Shown: positions 1 to 13,399 of the stretch, one piece after another
Numbering within the stretch: the first letter of the stretch is position 1
How the letters are laid out: the number at the start of each line of letters is the position of its first letter
NCBI RefSeq assembly: GCF_006345805.1
Contig: NC_043000.1
Coordinates: 37,076,001 to 37,140,000 of the forward strand
DNA: 64,000 nucleotides
From: Octopus sinensis
Lineage: Eukaryota
Direction of reading: 5' to 3'
Position numbers and translations under genes: made by a program
The notes under the pieces: generated by a model
The model's input: the letters and a program-made list of their open reading frames with translations, nothing else
What the model was told of the DNA's origin: nothing
The model's database searches: none

Positions 1-1232
1 TAGAGAATATTTATGTTTCCAGTGTTCTGTTCTTGTCTGTAAAATGTACATGGAAAATTCACAGCACATTTTGATGTACCAGTTGCTGCTATAATATTTA
101 TGGGTTCACACAGAAATATCAGTTCGAGAATCTGAGCATCCGTCTACTGCAGTCGGTTGGAAATATGTGCATACAGTCGCTAGAATTTCAGGCCTCACCG
201 ACTTGGAGAATCCTATTTGCATACGTAACGCATTGCTGGCAACCAATTCAATACAGAAGTTACTGGCACGTGAAGCAATAAGATGCTGAAGAGTAATTCC
301 AAGTGTTTAATCTACACTTGTGTGTAAATTAATGTGAAATATATACGCTGTTCAATTATACGCAGCTATGTTTCTTTTTTTACAATCTCTTCATAGACAG
401 AGAAATAGAATAGGTAGGAGAGTTTTCAGTTGCACATCTATAATTGATATATGGGTACGGGTGTCTGCAAGTGAGCACCTATCATGTCAGTATATATGTA
501 TATATATATATATATATATCATTTCTCTATCACATACTCACACATACATATATACTCTTCTCTTGAGATACATCATATATATATATATGTATATATGCAT
601 ATATATATATATATAATATATATAATATATATGTACCAAAATAAACAACAGGATATCCAGGGGTAATACAGTACGATCGTTTCAAGCGACTCCATTTAAT
701 TGAACAATGCAACCATTACATCAATTTAAATGCAAAGCAATCCTCAGCTGCATAAATACATAGAATTAAGATATAATATACATGCATGAAATGTGTATAT
801 ACATGTAAGCATGTGCTTCTTTATGTTTACATTTATATGTGTGCGTAAATGTATATGGTTTATTTCATGCGTATATTTTATGTCAAAGTAATTGGTGACA
901 CTCCACTCGTGCGCATGAAAGGCATAGCAGATATTATATATATGTGTGTGTGTGTGTGTGTGTATTCCTCTCGTTCTGGTCTAACGACCCTCCATATTTG
1001 TTTTCGTTCGATGTCGTTGTATATTTCCACTGTCATTCTCTTTTTTATTCCCAACTTTGACACTCCATAAATCCTAAATTTATTCTAGAATTTATGGGAG
1101 CAACTGTGTTTGAAGACTCATATTGTCCTTCAATGCTCGTTTGTTTACGTATTTCATGTTATTTGCACCGTTGGTGACATCCTGTACCCATATATGCATA
1201 TATATATATATATTCATTTACATAAATTTATG

Positions 1233-1270
<38 letters not shown>

Positions 1271-2165
1271 TGTGACTACAATTCAGATCCCATTTATTAT
1301 ACTTACCCTACGTCATGGAAGCCCCTCACCCCTGAGTCAGGTAAATGGTTTAATATGGAATTGATGCATGCATATGCATGATATCCAACACTTGATGCAT
1401 TCAATGTTGTTTACTTCAATGTCAGCTCTCTCTCTCCTCCCCTTATATATATATGTATATATATATACAATATAAGAAAATGGAGAAATACATCTAAATC
1501 AATAGCAGTATATTGGATATATGTTATCCCATGGAGGGTTGCATTTAGAACCCCTATCTCAATTTGTATATGCGTGTGTGTGTGTGTGTGTATAATGTAC
1601 GCATCTATGGGTATGCATTTATATATGTATACACATGTGTGTGTGCATGATATTTATATTCATAAATAGTTATATTCGTTTTTGAAAGCTAGCATGGGTT
1701 AGACAAGTATATTGAGCCATTGTTTTTGCCGCTGGTTGACCTTCCTGACGCTAGCTGTTACTTGTCATTGAAGCAAGGGATCTCTCCCACACACACACGC
1801 AAGTGTGCATGTGTGTGTGTGTCTGTGTGTATAAAGAAACAGATATGTATATATATATGTATATACGTATAGTAGCCCTTAGTACACACATGCACATTCA
1901 CCAACAAATATTTCTGTGTTTTCACGCATATAAGTGTGCATGTTTTCAGGTGTGTGTGTACAGGTATACATACATGTGCATAATCAATGTTTTACATTCA
2001 ACTTTAAGACAATATTTGGAAACGTACACACACACTCACACGCGCACGACAGTTTTGCTGAAGAATTGTGACTTTTATGGAAGCCCCAATACCAGATCCA
2101 AATTCTGTTTGGCTAATAATGATGTAATGATTTTTATGATCACTTACCATATGTGTGTATACGTA

Positions 2166-2217
<52 letters not shown>

Positions 2218-3292
2218 GTGTGTGCGTGTGTGCGCGCGTGTATGTACATACATATGTATGTATGTTTATATATATATATGTATGTGTAATGTATATACAT
2301 ATGTGCATATGTATGTGCGTGGGTGTATGTATATCTATGTACGCATCAATATATGCATGTATATGAAATATCACATCATTACATGTGTGTGTGTGTCTAA
2401 TAAACGCTGTTTTCTCCTGAATTATCTCCTGTCTACTATAATTTACCACTAATTAAGTAGGCTGTCAGTTATGTTATTTACCAGATGTGGTGGTGGCGGT
2501 GGGGATTAACTTTCGAAAGCGAAATTAAATTCCCGAATAACAGAATGCATAATTCTATAAGAAGCGGTTGAAATTGTGTACCAAGTGCCTTTCATCTTCA
2601 TTGAGGATCGGAACATAAGTTGATAGTCGAATATTTTTACCGTCATCATAAATGTTGAGGACCCGACTTTGCTCTCTGTGGCCATGAGAGCTCTGACATA
2701 AAACTTCTTGTCGTATAATCGACAAATACGTGTTTCTACATAGCTTCTTGTCATATCAAACTTCTCCTACATCTTTTCAGTCACAATGTATTATTATATC
2801 GACTAAAATCATGGCAGATTATACAACGATATAACTATATTACTACACATTTCCCTCCTCTCCCAATAATATCCCTTAAACACTGTCTTCATCTGGTGGT
2901 TATTGTGAGCGTATCATTACCTTTATTTGGTCTTCTATTATCACACAGAATACAGTGTCTTTTAAATAATGCAGTTTCTGCTACACTCCATTAAGGTATC
3001 ATCACACACATACCTTCTCTCTCTCTCTATCTCTCTCTCTCTACCTTGTCGTTTCAAGAAAAATTTCTCATTCTCTTGACAACGGTACTCTCACTTTCAT
3101 TATATGATAAACACTTTACGTAATTATCACGAGAATATCACATCTATTTGTCTGTATGTCTATCTATCTATCCATTCGTCCAACTATCTATCTATATGTA
3201 CATATGTATGTGTGTATGTCTGCCTGTTTATCTATATATCTAATCTCGGTATGTAGGATATGTATGCTTATATATATGTGAGTACACATATA

Positions 3293-3337
<45 letters not shown>

Positions 3338-3400
3338 GTACATGGTTTCGGGCGTTTCTAGCGTGTAAAATTACCTGTTAAAGGTAGTTTCTCTTATGTT

Positions 3401-3455
<55 letters not shown>

Positions 3456-3482
3456 CATACACACACACATATATATATACAC

Positions 3483-3516
<34 letters not shown>

Positions 3517-5365
3517 ATATATATATAACATACATACATACATACACATACACCCATCCACACACATACATACTTATATATACGATTTTACTAAGATTTG
3601 GTGTACAAGAAGTACCCGTGCAGATGAATAATTTTCACTGGGTGTAGCTTGCACTGCACTAACCCACCACCACTATCACCACCACCACACACACCTATTG
3701 GCCCAAGAAGACTTTCGCCGGTGTGACATGAAAATTGACAGAACCAGGAACTTCCAAGGCCTCAGATTTTATATATCACTAATATTTCTGCACTGAAAGC
3801 CTCTGTGTTATGATCGCAACCACATGAAAAGTCATCAACGGAGGAAGATTTTGGCAACTCAGATTCTCGCTCTCCGGCCACGTGACCTCTATCCTTTCTT
3901 CCTCCATCTCCCCCCACTCTTCTTTATCATGATCTGTATCACATCGCAATATGGTAAAACAGACTTCCCCATACACATTGAAATATCTCTGATTATAACT
4001 CCTCACATCACTCAGTTTTCTCCTGAAAACCTATAAACATTTCAGATTTTTCTACTTTCTTTATATTTTTTTAGTTTCGAAACCACAATTTCTATTTTTC
4101 ATTTTCCCCCCGCCCCTCCCCCTAGAATAACAACCTCCATCTTCTACCAACTGACCTTCACCGTCATCAGAATCCATTACGCTACACTGAATACTTTGTT
4201 TTGCGATTGCTTAGGTTTCATTCAGCTCTGATCCACTAGACATGTTATCGACCAAAGTCATCCCAGCCATGGCCATCCCGAGTTTTGATATATCTTACAC
4301 TAAATTATCCAATGTGTCTCTTTATCTTTTTTTATACAATTGAGTGCAATTTGAGAGGAATTTGGCTATCATTTCTAGCATTTTGGTTCGTAGTATGTTA
4401 ATATAGAAGTAATGGTTCAACAATGTTTCTATGTTTGAATGGAATGTGAGCCTAATGTTTCAATTTTACATATCCTAGTTTGGAAGGGCAGGGACAGCAA
4501 AGATCAATAGCCTTGCACCTCCTACGCCGGTGAAGTACTTAAGAAAAACTTTTGCAAGACAAGTGTTTTAAAAAAGGATGTACCATTAAACCTCCGACAA
4601 TACAATTATTCTGTGGCCTGTCGAAGTTCTTTGATTACTTCGTCTTTAGAATACATAGTAGTATTTTGATTCAAGATACGCTTAAAGAGGGGGTCTGTTT
4701 AGGGTATAACGTAGTTGAGAACATAAGGTGCGTTTAAGGCACAAAACATGCGAGCGCACAAGGTGTATATACATTGAAAGTTATATTTAGAGGATAGGGT
4801 GTTTAACCAACAAGTTATGTTTAAGGTGCTTAGGGTACTTAGGGTACATTGAGTACATTGAACAGTCAGTATACAAAGTATTTTGGGGCATATGCTGTGT
4901 TTACGGAAAAGTTAGTATTTAGGAGAAAATGTTTGTTTCGGTCAGAGTGGGGTGCTAAGAGGCAGAAGGCGTGTTGCAGTGTGATTAGGGCATAAGATGC
5001 ATTTTAGGAGCGAGGTAACAAGGTGTATTTATTTAAGGTTGTACGTGAGAAACGTGGTAAATTAGTGATTCTTTGATGGGTGAATCTCAAGGTTTTGCGG
5101 TGATAGACTTAATCCCTAGTTTAACTGGGTCTATGGGTTCCATTTCTCGGAATACACTCCACTGCAAGGATCCGGGTTACGTTTTCGACTTAAGAATAAC
5201 TTTCTCTCCCCAGTCTAGAAGACTCCAAACATGGTCACAGACGACGCATTTCATCCTCTGAAACACGTAAAAAAAGTCGATCTTGGCAAGATATTACATT
5301 AGCATGGAGTCATAATACGCAAGGGAGGGATATATATATATGTATATATATGTGTGTGTGTGTGT

Positions 5366-5410
<45 letters not shown>

Positions 5411-5731
5411 GTGTGTGTATGTATGTCAGGGAGAGAGGGAGTGAGAGAGTGTCTTGCTTTATTGTCATCTCATTGTCCTTTTGAAGTATTAATAATATAT
5501 AGATATTAAGCGCCGTCAACTAGAGATAATCTCTGGACTTCTGTTTGTGAAAGAAGTCGATAATTTCCTTGACTCTATAGAAGCAATTTCTCTTCATTTT
5601 ATATTATCAATTCTCCTGAGAGAGTAAGAGGGAAAAAGTAAAAGAGGTTTGTAAAAGTGTGAACGTCACAATACCCTAGTTGTCCTACCCTACTACTCCG
5701 AAGCTAGTGTGTATATAATATATTATATATA

Positions 5732-5850
<119 letters not shown>

Positions 5851-5851
5851 A

Positions 5852-5882
<31 letters not shown>

Positions 5883-8143
5883 AGATCTGTGTCTGTTTGT
5901 GTGTGTATTTCTGCATAAACAGTCAATATATTTTTTGCAAATGGCGAGCTTGATGTAAAGAAGATAAAGTTGTTGATGAGTCGATTCTTGTAACCTGTTT
6001 CGATATCATGGTAAACTTCTGGGAAAAGCATGAACACCTTCCAGTGAGGTAATCATGGTTGCTTCGCCTGCAAGAAATATATATCAGTCCAGAATTTATT
6101 GTCTTCGTAAAGGACACACTGCTTAATATAATTCTGGAGGTATTGCATCTGAGAAGGATGGGGGATGAAACGGGATGTTCATGTTTGTTCAAACAGAGAG
6201 CTGACCTAGAATCAAACGACATCATAAAATGTTCCATTTCCAACAAAACATTATATGTGACGCCAGGTCAAACATACACCTAAAATTTCTTCATTTACTT
6301 CGTGGTAATTTCTCTGTTCGAATCTACGAGTTTATTAACAGGAATGGTTTTGCGTTTGCAATGAAACCAAATACTTGTCGTTGCCAGCTTCGAAGAGCAA
6401 CCAGCCTAATACCTAACAAGACCAGTGTGCTATCCATTTGACCTTATTAGTCTCTAGTCAATATTCAAAGAGCCAGGCTCTCGGGAAAGGATCACATTTG
6501 TACCTTACCAAAGAGTAACCAATGTATTTTGACAATGAATATCAAGCGATATTACTTGAAGTTACCTACTTCTGTCGTGTTTTGTATTCGTAGCTTCTCA
6601 GTGGTCATACTGTACCAGTGATTTACTGGGTCTGTTGCAAGCATCTATGCCATGTACATGACCATCTCCACTTACATTGTAAATATTTCGGCCAGATCTT
6701 CGGTTTCAGAATAACTTCTCTCTCTTTCACCCACCAATCACGGAGCGCTCTGGAAATGGTCATACTGGTCACCCTTCCTTTTCTGACTATTAGGATAAAT
6801 TGACTTGTCAGCATCTCAGTGTGTGCGTGTAATTTATTCACCTTTGAAGCCGGCTAAATTAGAGTTAGAGGTTAGTTTACACCTTAGTTGGTTAGGGTGA
6901 AGGCGAAGTTGATTAAATATTCCGGTCGGTGTGGTTTCCAGCCGATCTCCGTCGACAACCAAGATAAAGAGTTCGCCACGGTCCAGTCCACTCAGTCATG
7001 AGTAATTACACCGCCGCACTCAGTTCACTCGGTTGCAAGGAGGTACACCACAGAACCTAGGTTACTAGGCTGCAAGTAGGTGCACCACATTAATCAGTCC
7101 GCTAGGCTGTCATAGGTACTCACCAATATGAACTACGGTAAATTGGTGAGGACTTCCACTGCTTATTATCACTTTACTACTACACGCTCCACCACATTAG
7201 TACCGCCAACAGCACCATCTTACTGCCACCAGCTCCACCTCATCGCCACCACCACCACTTCATCACTACCTTTGACATCACCTTCCTCAGTAAATAAAAT
7301 ATCACTCTTTCAATAAGACAGTCAGTTCACCCCCCCCTACGTCAATCGCTCTGCACCTGTAACCGTTCTCTTTCGTCTTCTCTTCATATCTCTCTTCTTT
7401 TCTCCCCCCCCCCACTGTCGTTAATTTACTCTTTATCTTTCTCCCTCTGATTCCTCACCCCTCCTCTCTCTAATACAATACGAATTACACTTGATGCAAC
7501 TCTATGAAATAATAATTAACTTCTCTAAATATATATATATATGTGTGCATGTGTGTGTATACAACTAGAGTGTTTATAAATGTAAAAAGGCATTACTAAT
7601 TATTACTGTTGTGGTTACACTGATTATTTAATTACATTATTGAATTAGCCACAGAAACACTGCCAATACCAACACTTATTCCGTCTTTTTTTTAAGTCGT
7701 ATTTTTGTGATCTGTTTTTGTTGCATATCTTGAATTGGTCCAAAGTCCGTCACACGAGTTTGACATCAACCCCAACTCACTCGACTCCTTGCATTACCTT
7801 CAACGGGGTGCTCTCGCTGTTGTAAGCATTCTGGTCAAAGATCCATTCTGAAGACATCATCTGCCCGCCGCGCAAATAGTCAGAGGCCCTGAAAAGTGAC
7901 AGGCTGCAGGATTTAGATGAAGATAGGCCCTAGGCTTGTTCCATTTCTGAGGCCCCTGTCAATTACCCACCCTCTTCATTCGAAATATTCGATATTTGCC
8001 TGGAATAGCCTTAGACTTTGAAGCTCTAGTCTTCAGCTTGTGAACTCCATAAGGAAATCTAGCACCACTTATAAGTGTGATACTGCCTCTTCATTATTAT
8101 TATTATTATTATTGATAACGATAACATAATAACAGTATTAATG

Positions 8144-8205
<62 letters not shown>

Positions 8206-8759
8206 GCTTCCATACAACCCTGCCATCTAACCAACGGAACTCACGATTCTGCTCCAACAAAACTTTATACGTACATGCATACGTACGTATAAAGCTTGCA
8301 CCGAAAACCAGCTGGCGGAGAATTCGCTTGGGGTTAAACTAGTAAGTAGCATTCATCTGCCACTTTGATGTGGCTAGTCGCTTTACTGTTGATACACACA
8401 CAGACACAGACATTATGTTGGACAAACAATTCCAGGTTTCATTAATTATTTTATATTACAAGAAGAAAATAGCCCGTTACAGTTGTTTGCATCAACCACT
8501 CGCAGCATCGCTGAAACAGCTGTAAAGAACTAACTTCTTGTATATACAACATCTATAAATAAATTACCGTCTGCTCACCGCCAGTTCTGTTTCTTTGCTA
8601 CTCGTTCGAGCTATACATTTCTCATAGCCAACTATTGTGCTAATGGACTATTTTACCTTTATTAGGAAGTTGGAATTTAAGAGTATGTTTAACCAGTTCA
8701 AGCACGGTGCGTATCTATTCTACGCTTATATTGGCGTTTTCTCATCTGCGATAGATTGT

Positions 8760-9270
8760 AAGAAATTCCACAAACAAAATGAGAGTAGTGTTAGCAACGA
8801 AATTGAAAGTGAGGTTGTTTCTGGCAACAGTGGAGTCTGTTTTTCTATACGGGGGTGAAACATGGACGCACACTAAAGCGTTGAAGAAGCAGTTGGACGG
8901 TTGTTATACGAGGATGCTTAGAATGGCACTCAATGTCTCCTGGAAGAGTCATACAACAAACGCTGACTTATTCCAGTGACTACCAAAAGTAACATTGAAG
9001 ATACAGCATAGAAGGATGAGGCTAGCTGGACACTGCATCAGATACACCGATGAAATTGCTAATAAACTAGTGCTCGGGCAACCAACAGAAGGAAGAACCA
9101 AGAGAGGAAGCAGCAAGATTATCTATATCGACAACTTATTGGAGGATACTGGTATGAAAGGGGTACAGGAAGTGTGGACCATTGTGGAAGATCGAAATGA
9201 ATGGGGGAAACGTGTGGTAACAGTCTTGAGGCGTCCTATGGGACGACTTAGATAGATGAGATGATGTATA
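8760..9270 (+). mobile_element. 5'-truncated RTE-clade LINE, C-terminal end of RT ORF plus tail (pseudogenised)
   Basis: ORFs 8779-8979 and 8995-9255 read KLKVRLFLATVESVFLYGGETWT...LDGCYTRMLRMALNVSW...RRMRLAGHCIR...LEDTG, typical of RTE RT C-termini; one in-frame stop at 8977-8979; short TAGA/GAT repeat tail. Confidence 0.85.
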
Positions 9271-9354
9271 CATTCCTTAGAGTGATTATATTTATTGTAC
9301 TTTTAATAAATAAAAGTTACAAGTTTTCCATGCATAAAATTTTCTCCTGGATTA

Positions 9355-9403
9355 TTCCTATCTGAAGAATGGTCTGTTATGCATGAAACTTAAGTAATTT
9401 GAA
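9355..9403 (+). ncRNA. Type-I hammerhead ribozyme motif, intact core, degenerate stem I
   Basis: TTCCTAT-CTGAAGA-ATG[gtctgttatg]CAT-GAAA-CTTAAG-TA/ATTTGAA; palindromic stem III ACTTAAGT; GUA site after 9396; stem I pairs 5 of 7. Confidence 0.6.
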
Positions 9404-9451
9404 ATGTAATTCTGTCTATCTACCTACGTAACTACCTCTCTCTCTCTCTCT

Positions 9452-9492
<41 letters not shown>

Positions 9493-9571
9493 TAATAATA
9501 TATATATAATCTAATATAATATAATATAATATAAATAGTATATATGCATATATACATACGTCTATACGTAC

Positions 9572-9618
<47 letters not shown>

Positions 9619-10258
9619 ATATATATATATATATATATACATATATATTACATATATATATACAATATATATTATTCGTATATATGATCTATGTATATAT
9701 GCATATATTGTAACTTCTATCCATGTGTGTGTGAGTGGTGAGGTATAAATGTAATATATATATATGTGTGTGTGTGTATATGGTTGTTTAGTAATTTTAT
9801 GTGATTGATATGCTGAATGGAAGACTCAAATGCTAATCGTAAAATCAAAACGATAATGATGTTACTTTTATGGTAAAATGTTGACTGTTTACTTGTAAGT
9901 TTAGAAATTGCCATCAGGTAAAAAAATCCCATGCCAGTTAAACGAACATAGCATTCGGCATTTCGGAGACGGAGTTAATCTGTTTATTACTAACCACCAA
10001 AGAGAGAAAGAAAGAAAGAGAAGGGAGGGAGGACACAAATAGAGAGGGAGAGATGTGTAGTTGTATTATTTGTATTTGTTCTTCGCTGCTGCATCTATAG
10101 TGTTAATCCTTAGTTGATAACACTGCTTTGTACTTAGTGAACTTCACAGTGGGGAGGCACACACATCACAATACAGGCACACGATTTTACGATTATATAT
10201 ATCAATGAACATGCATTCAATTATTCGATATACATACATATATGTATACAATACATAC

Positions 10259-10311
<53 letters not shown>

Positions 10312-10372
10312 ATATATATATATCTATATATATATATATATATATATATGGGTGTGTGTGTGTGTGTGTGTA

Positions 10373-11172
10373 TCACCAGAGGCGCCGGGCTGTTGTGTTC
10401 CCTGACGATATATATATAATTTTACAATAAAAGGTTGACAGTGACTTCGAAGTATCGGCTTGTCCGTCTTCATCAGACTACGTGGTGAAAGCGAACAAGC
10501 CAAAACTTCGAAGTCACTGATATTTCTTTTCTCTTAAATGCACTCTACTAAACAGTATTGAGTAATCCTTCAGTATAATGCTAAACTGCTGACATACAAA
10601 CAATGATTAACGCGCGCGTGCGCGCGCGTGTGTGTGTTTGTGCATGCGTGTGAGTGTGTGCGTGTGTAAGAAGTCAGAAGTTCGAGATATAGACTTGGTG
10701 AGGCCTTGAACAAGATAAAGCCAGGAGCTCTTGTTAAAATTTACACCAGACGACCTCACAAAAACTTAAACGATATAAGCTTTCTAATGATTTTAAAGAC
10801 CCTATGGAACTTAAAATGGATTGTTGGGACCCTAAACTGTAATTTGTCGAGCTTTAAACCTAAATCTGGAACTGGGAGTCAATGTGGGCCGAAATTTTAT
10901 GTCGTGCAAACTTTTTGTAACCTTTGACAAGTGTTTTCTTCAATGGCAATAGGCAGATCAAAACTCCGTGAGTAGATTTGCAAGACGGAAACTGAAAGAA
11001 GCCGTCGCATTTATATATATATATATATATATATATAGCAGGAGTGGCTGTGTGGTAAATAGCTTGCTTACCAACCACATGGCACCTTGGGCAAGTGTCT
11101 TCTTCTATAGCCTCGGGCCGACCAATGCCTTGTGAGTGGATTTGGTAGACAGAAACTGGAAGAAGCCCGTCG

Positions 11173-11225
<53 letters not shown>

Positions 11226-11848
11226 CACCAGAGGCGCCGGGCTGTTGTGTTCCCTGACGATATATATATAATTTTACAATAAAAGGTTGACAGTGAACTT
11301 CGAAGTATCGGCTTTTCCGTCTTCATCAGACTACGTGGTGAAAGCGAACAAGCCAAACTCGAAGTCACTGATATTTCTTTTCTCTTAAATGCACTCTACT
11401 AAACAGTATTGAGTAATCCTTCAGTATAATGCTAAACTGCTGACATACAAACAAATGATAACGCGCGCCGCCGCGTGTGTGTTTGTGCATGCGTGTGAGT
11501 GTGTGCGTGTGTAAGAAGTCAGAAGTTCGAGATATAGACTTGGTGAGCCTTGAACAAGATAAAGCCAGGAGCTCTTGTTAAAATTTACACCAGACGACCT
11601 CACAAAAACTTAAACGATATAAGCTTTCTAATGATTTTAAAGACCCTATGGAACTTAAAATGATTGTTGGGACCCTAATGTAATTTGTCGAGCTTTAAAC
11701 CTAAATCTGGAACTGGGAGTCAATGTGGGCCGAAATTTTATGTCGTGCAAACTTTTTGTAACCTTGACAAGTGTTTTCTTCAATGGCAATAGGCAGATCA
11801 AAGCCCCGTGAGTAGATTTGCAAGACGGAAACTGAAAGAAGCCGTCGC

Positions 11849-11879
<31 letters not shown>

Positions 11880-12075
11880 GCAGGAGTGGCTGTGTGGTAA
11901 ATAGCTTGCTTACCAACCACATGGCACCGTTGGGCAAGTGTCTTCTTCTATAGCCTCGGGCCGACCAATGCCTTGTGAGTGGATTTGGTAGACAGAAACT
12001 GGAAGAAGCCCGTCGTATATGTAATATGTATATATATATATATATATATATGTGTGTGGTGGTGTGTGTGTTGTG
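10373..12075 (+). repeat. Tandem duplication, unit about 852 bp (copies start at 10373 and 11225)
   Basis: Both copies start TCACCAGAGGCGCCGGG and are co-linear through the hairpin, unique DNA and SINE 5' half; differences are mostly 1-2 nt indels; breakpoints lie in (TA)n(TG)n. Confidence 0.93.
10439..10519. ncRNA. 81-nt hairpin made of two head-to-head decayed hammerhead motifs (second copy 11291-11370)
   Basis: 37-bp arms (10439-10475, 10483-10519) with 6 mismatches and loop GACTACG; minus strand reads TAGT-CTGATGA-A-GAC[ggacaa]GCC-GATA-CTTCGAAGT-C/ACTG. Confidence 0.7.
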
Positions 12076-12259
12076 GTGTTGTGTGTGTATCTGTGTTTGT
12101 CTCCCCAATCGATGCTGGTGTGTTTACGTCCCCGTAACTTAGCGGTTCGGCAAAAGAGACTGATAGAATAAATATTAGGCTTACAAAGAATAAGTCCTGG
12201 GGGTTGATTTGTGCTCCGGCATGGCCGTAGTCAAATGACTGAAACAAAAGAGTAAAAGA

Positions 12260-12260
<1 letters not shown>
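11880..12260 (+). mobile_element. tRNA-derived SINE family A (internal TA/TG microsatellite); 5' half also at 11038-11224
   Basis: GCAGGAGTGGCTGTGTGGTAA A-box head, GGCACCTTGGGCAAGTGTCTT body, internal microsatellite, 3' half ending GACTGAAACAAAAGAGTAAAAGAG; many homologous copies in the window; B-box segment deleted here. Confidence 0.85.
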
Positions 12261-12294
<34 letters not shown>

Positions 12295-12301
<7 letters not shown>

Positions 12302-12416
12302 ATCCTACACATCGCTGGTCACAATGCGCTTTGCATTGTTTTAGCCTTCAAATGACGCCACCCCGCTGGCTAAGCGAGCAGGCCAACAGAAGAAAGCGTG
12401 AAAGAAAGTTGCGACG

Positions 12417-12418
<2 letters not shown>
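12295..12418 (-). mobile_element. Fragment of another octopus-type SINE body
   Basis: CATCGCTGGTCACAATGCGC...GACGCCACCCCGCTGGCTAAGCGAGCAGGCC recalled as an abundant cephalopod interspersed repeat; flanked by (TA)n; single copy here. Confidence 0.45.
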
Positions 12419-12496
<78 letters not shown>

Positions 12497-12499
12497 TGT

Positions 12500-12710
12500 T
12501 ATTTGTGCCTTTGTTTGTCCACCACTTGACAATCGGTGTTGGTGTGTTTATATTCCCATAACTTAGTGGCTCGGCAAAAATGCCGATAATGTACCAGGCT
12601 TAAAACAAAACTACTGGGTTCGATTCATTTGATTAAAATTCTTCAAGATGGTGCCCCAGCATGGTCGCAGTGTAATGTCTGAAGCAAGTAAAAGACGAAA
12701 GGTAAAAGAT
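12500..12710 (+). mobile_element. SINE family A, diverged 3' half
   Basis: Aligns by eye to 12085-12260 (CTTAGTGGCTCGGCAAAA...CAGCATGGTCGCAGT...AAGTAAAAGA). Confidence 0.75.
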
Positions 12711-12714
12711 GCAA

Positions 12715-12975
12715 TTTTGTCTATTGCTGTTTGGTTCCGGTGAAAGAAGTCCTTTCTTAAGCAGTAAGAGCGAGAAGCATTAACACCTCTCTTGGACCTT
12801 TGGAAGACGTGAGCAAGGAAGGTACTGAGAAATCCCAGAGAGCCGATGAACTGGTGATTGATGTGGGGTCCGGGGTGGGTGGACACAACATGGCTGATGA
12901 GAGGAAGCGATGAGTGTCGGTTGGGAAGCCTGAGTGGAGCTGGCTTGAGTTCCAACTCGATACGAGGAGCACACT
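12715..12975 (-). mobile_element. CR1/Jockey-group LINE 3' end remnant
   Basis: Frameshifted minus-strand pieces SSHQPCCVHPPRTPH and TSSSALWDF resemble the TR.SS..HP..V..P..RT...SF..RTS.LWN.LP C-terminal motif. Confidence 0.45.
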
Positions 12976-13399
12976 GTATTATACTAAACCAATTTAGTAA
13001 GCGGTAGAAAAGGCAGAGAGAGAGAAGAGAGAGAAGATCCTGAATGTGTAATAAGTATAATTATTGTATAATGAATATATAAATAATTGGTTACTATATC
13101 AATTTAGACATCTAGCATTTTGTGGATACATTAAAGTCATAAGTGCATTGACTGCAAAACTTGTACGTGCAGGAAAATGTGCAGAGCATCGAGGAAATCT
13201 AAGACAATCTACTTCGTATGCATGCATATCACTAATTTTTAATGACGTGACGTTACAAAGGGCTGAGAGTTTCATACTTAGTAGAAGACACTCGCCCAAA
13301 TTGGTATGGAATAAAATGAAACCAGGAATCACGTGGTTGAGTTCATATGTGAGTGTGTGTGTGTGTGTGTGGGGCACACCACATATGAATGTCAAGATC

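Noticed and set aside
672-725. GAAACGATCGTA hammerhead 3' half on the minus strand
   Set aside because: No CUGANGA and no matching stem I upstream
4690-5060. TTAGGG-containing GT-rich stretch (similar at 25380-25560) as telomeric or Penelope sequence
   Set aside because: Only scattered TTAGGG units and no recognisable GIY-YIG or RT motif
7028-7125. CRISPR-like repeat-spacer look
   Set aside because: Eukaryotic context, three degenerate repeats, 13-bp spacers, no cas genes; kept only as an unexplained periodic repeat
12761-12913. Plus-strand peptide ELVIDVGSGVGG resembling a SAM-methyltransferase motif I
   Set aside because: Only 50 codons between stops; the opposite strand fits a CR1/Jockey-type LINE end better
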